Assembly: GCA_973895155.1 (NCBI GenBank)
Contig: OZ316894.1
Location: 3,930,944-3,994,943 of the forward strand
DNA: 64,000 nt
Direction: 5' to 3'
DNA from: Marsupella aquatica
Taxonomy: Eukaryota; Plantae; Marchantiophyta
The notes below the pieces were generated by a model, which saw nothing but the letters and a program-made list of their open reading frames with translations, did not search any database and was not told where the DNA came from. The position numbers and the translations under genes are program-made. Shown here one piece after another: positions 63,727-64,000 of this stretch (the first letter of the stretch is position 1; the number at the start of each line of letters is the position of its first letter).

Positions 63727-64000
63727 GATGCCCTGTAGCTTCAAATTACCACACGCTCCAAATTAGCTAAAAGCTCCAAATGCACTAAAAACAACAAATC
63801 ACCCCAAAGCTCCAAAGTTATGACCGATGATGATGATCATAAAGATGTTCTACTTTGGCAGGCCCCCTAATCGGTGTTCCCTTTCCGTTTCTTTTGAGTT
63901 CTTTCCAGGAATAGTGAAGAACCCAAAATGCGCTGACTACTCTCGTCCTTCGAGTGCCTTCCAGGATGAGAGAACGGACTTGGCAAATACAGTATGTATA

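Overview
Land-plant nuclear DNA with GT-AG introns and TTTAGGG motifs; a non-seed plant is my guess, not something the sequence proves. The centre is a three-level transposon nest, each level bounded by its own target-site duplication. (1) A Ty1/copia LTR retrotransposon, 11716-46710, with 333-bp LTRs and TSD ATGCA. (2) A 28.2-kb CACTA element, 17946-46166, TSD CAA, inserted in the last codon of copia pol. (3) A different 10.9-kb CACTA element, 34382-45279, TSD TCA, inside the first. Main candidate for a new system: each CACTA carries an uninterrupted chromatin-protein gene at the 5' end of its transposase unit. The outer element encodes a stand-alone EDM2-type composite PHD-finger protein starting MARNKQKA, close to the histone H3 tail MARTKQTA. 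The inner element encodes a SET-domain exon inside the first transposase intron, which can share the transposase's first exon by in-frame alternative splicing. Each element also has its own arrays of short motifs (AATGAC versus TCGCA). A transposon-encoded chromatin or anti-silencing role is inference only. The flanks hold an intronless RINGv gene, TE remnants, a chimeric USP-like/XBAT35-type RING gene, NBP35, and a USP-like paralogue.
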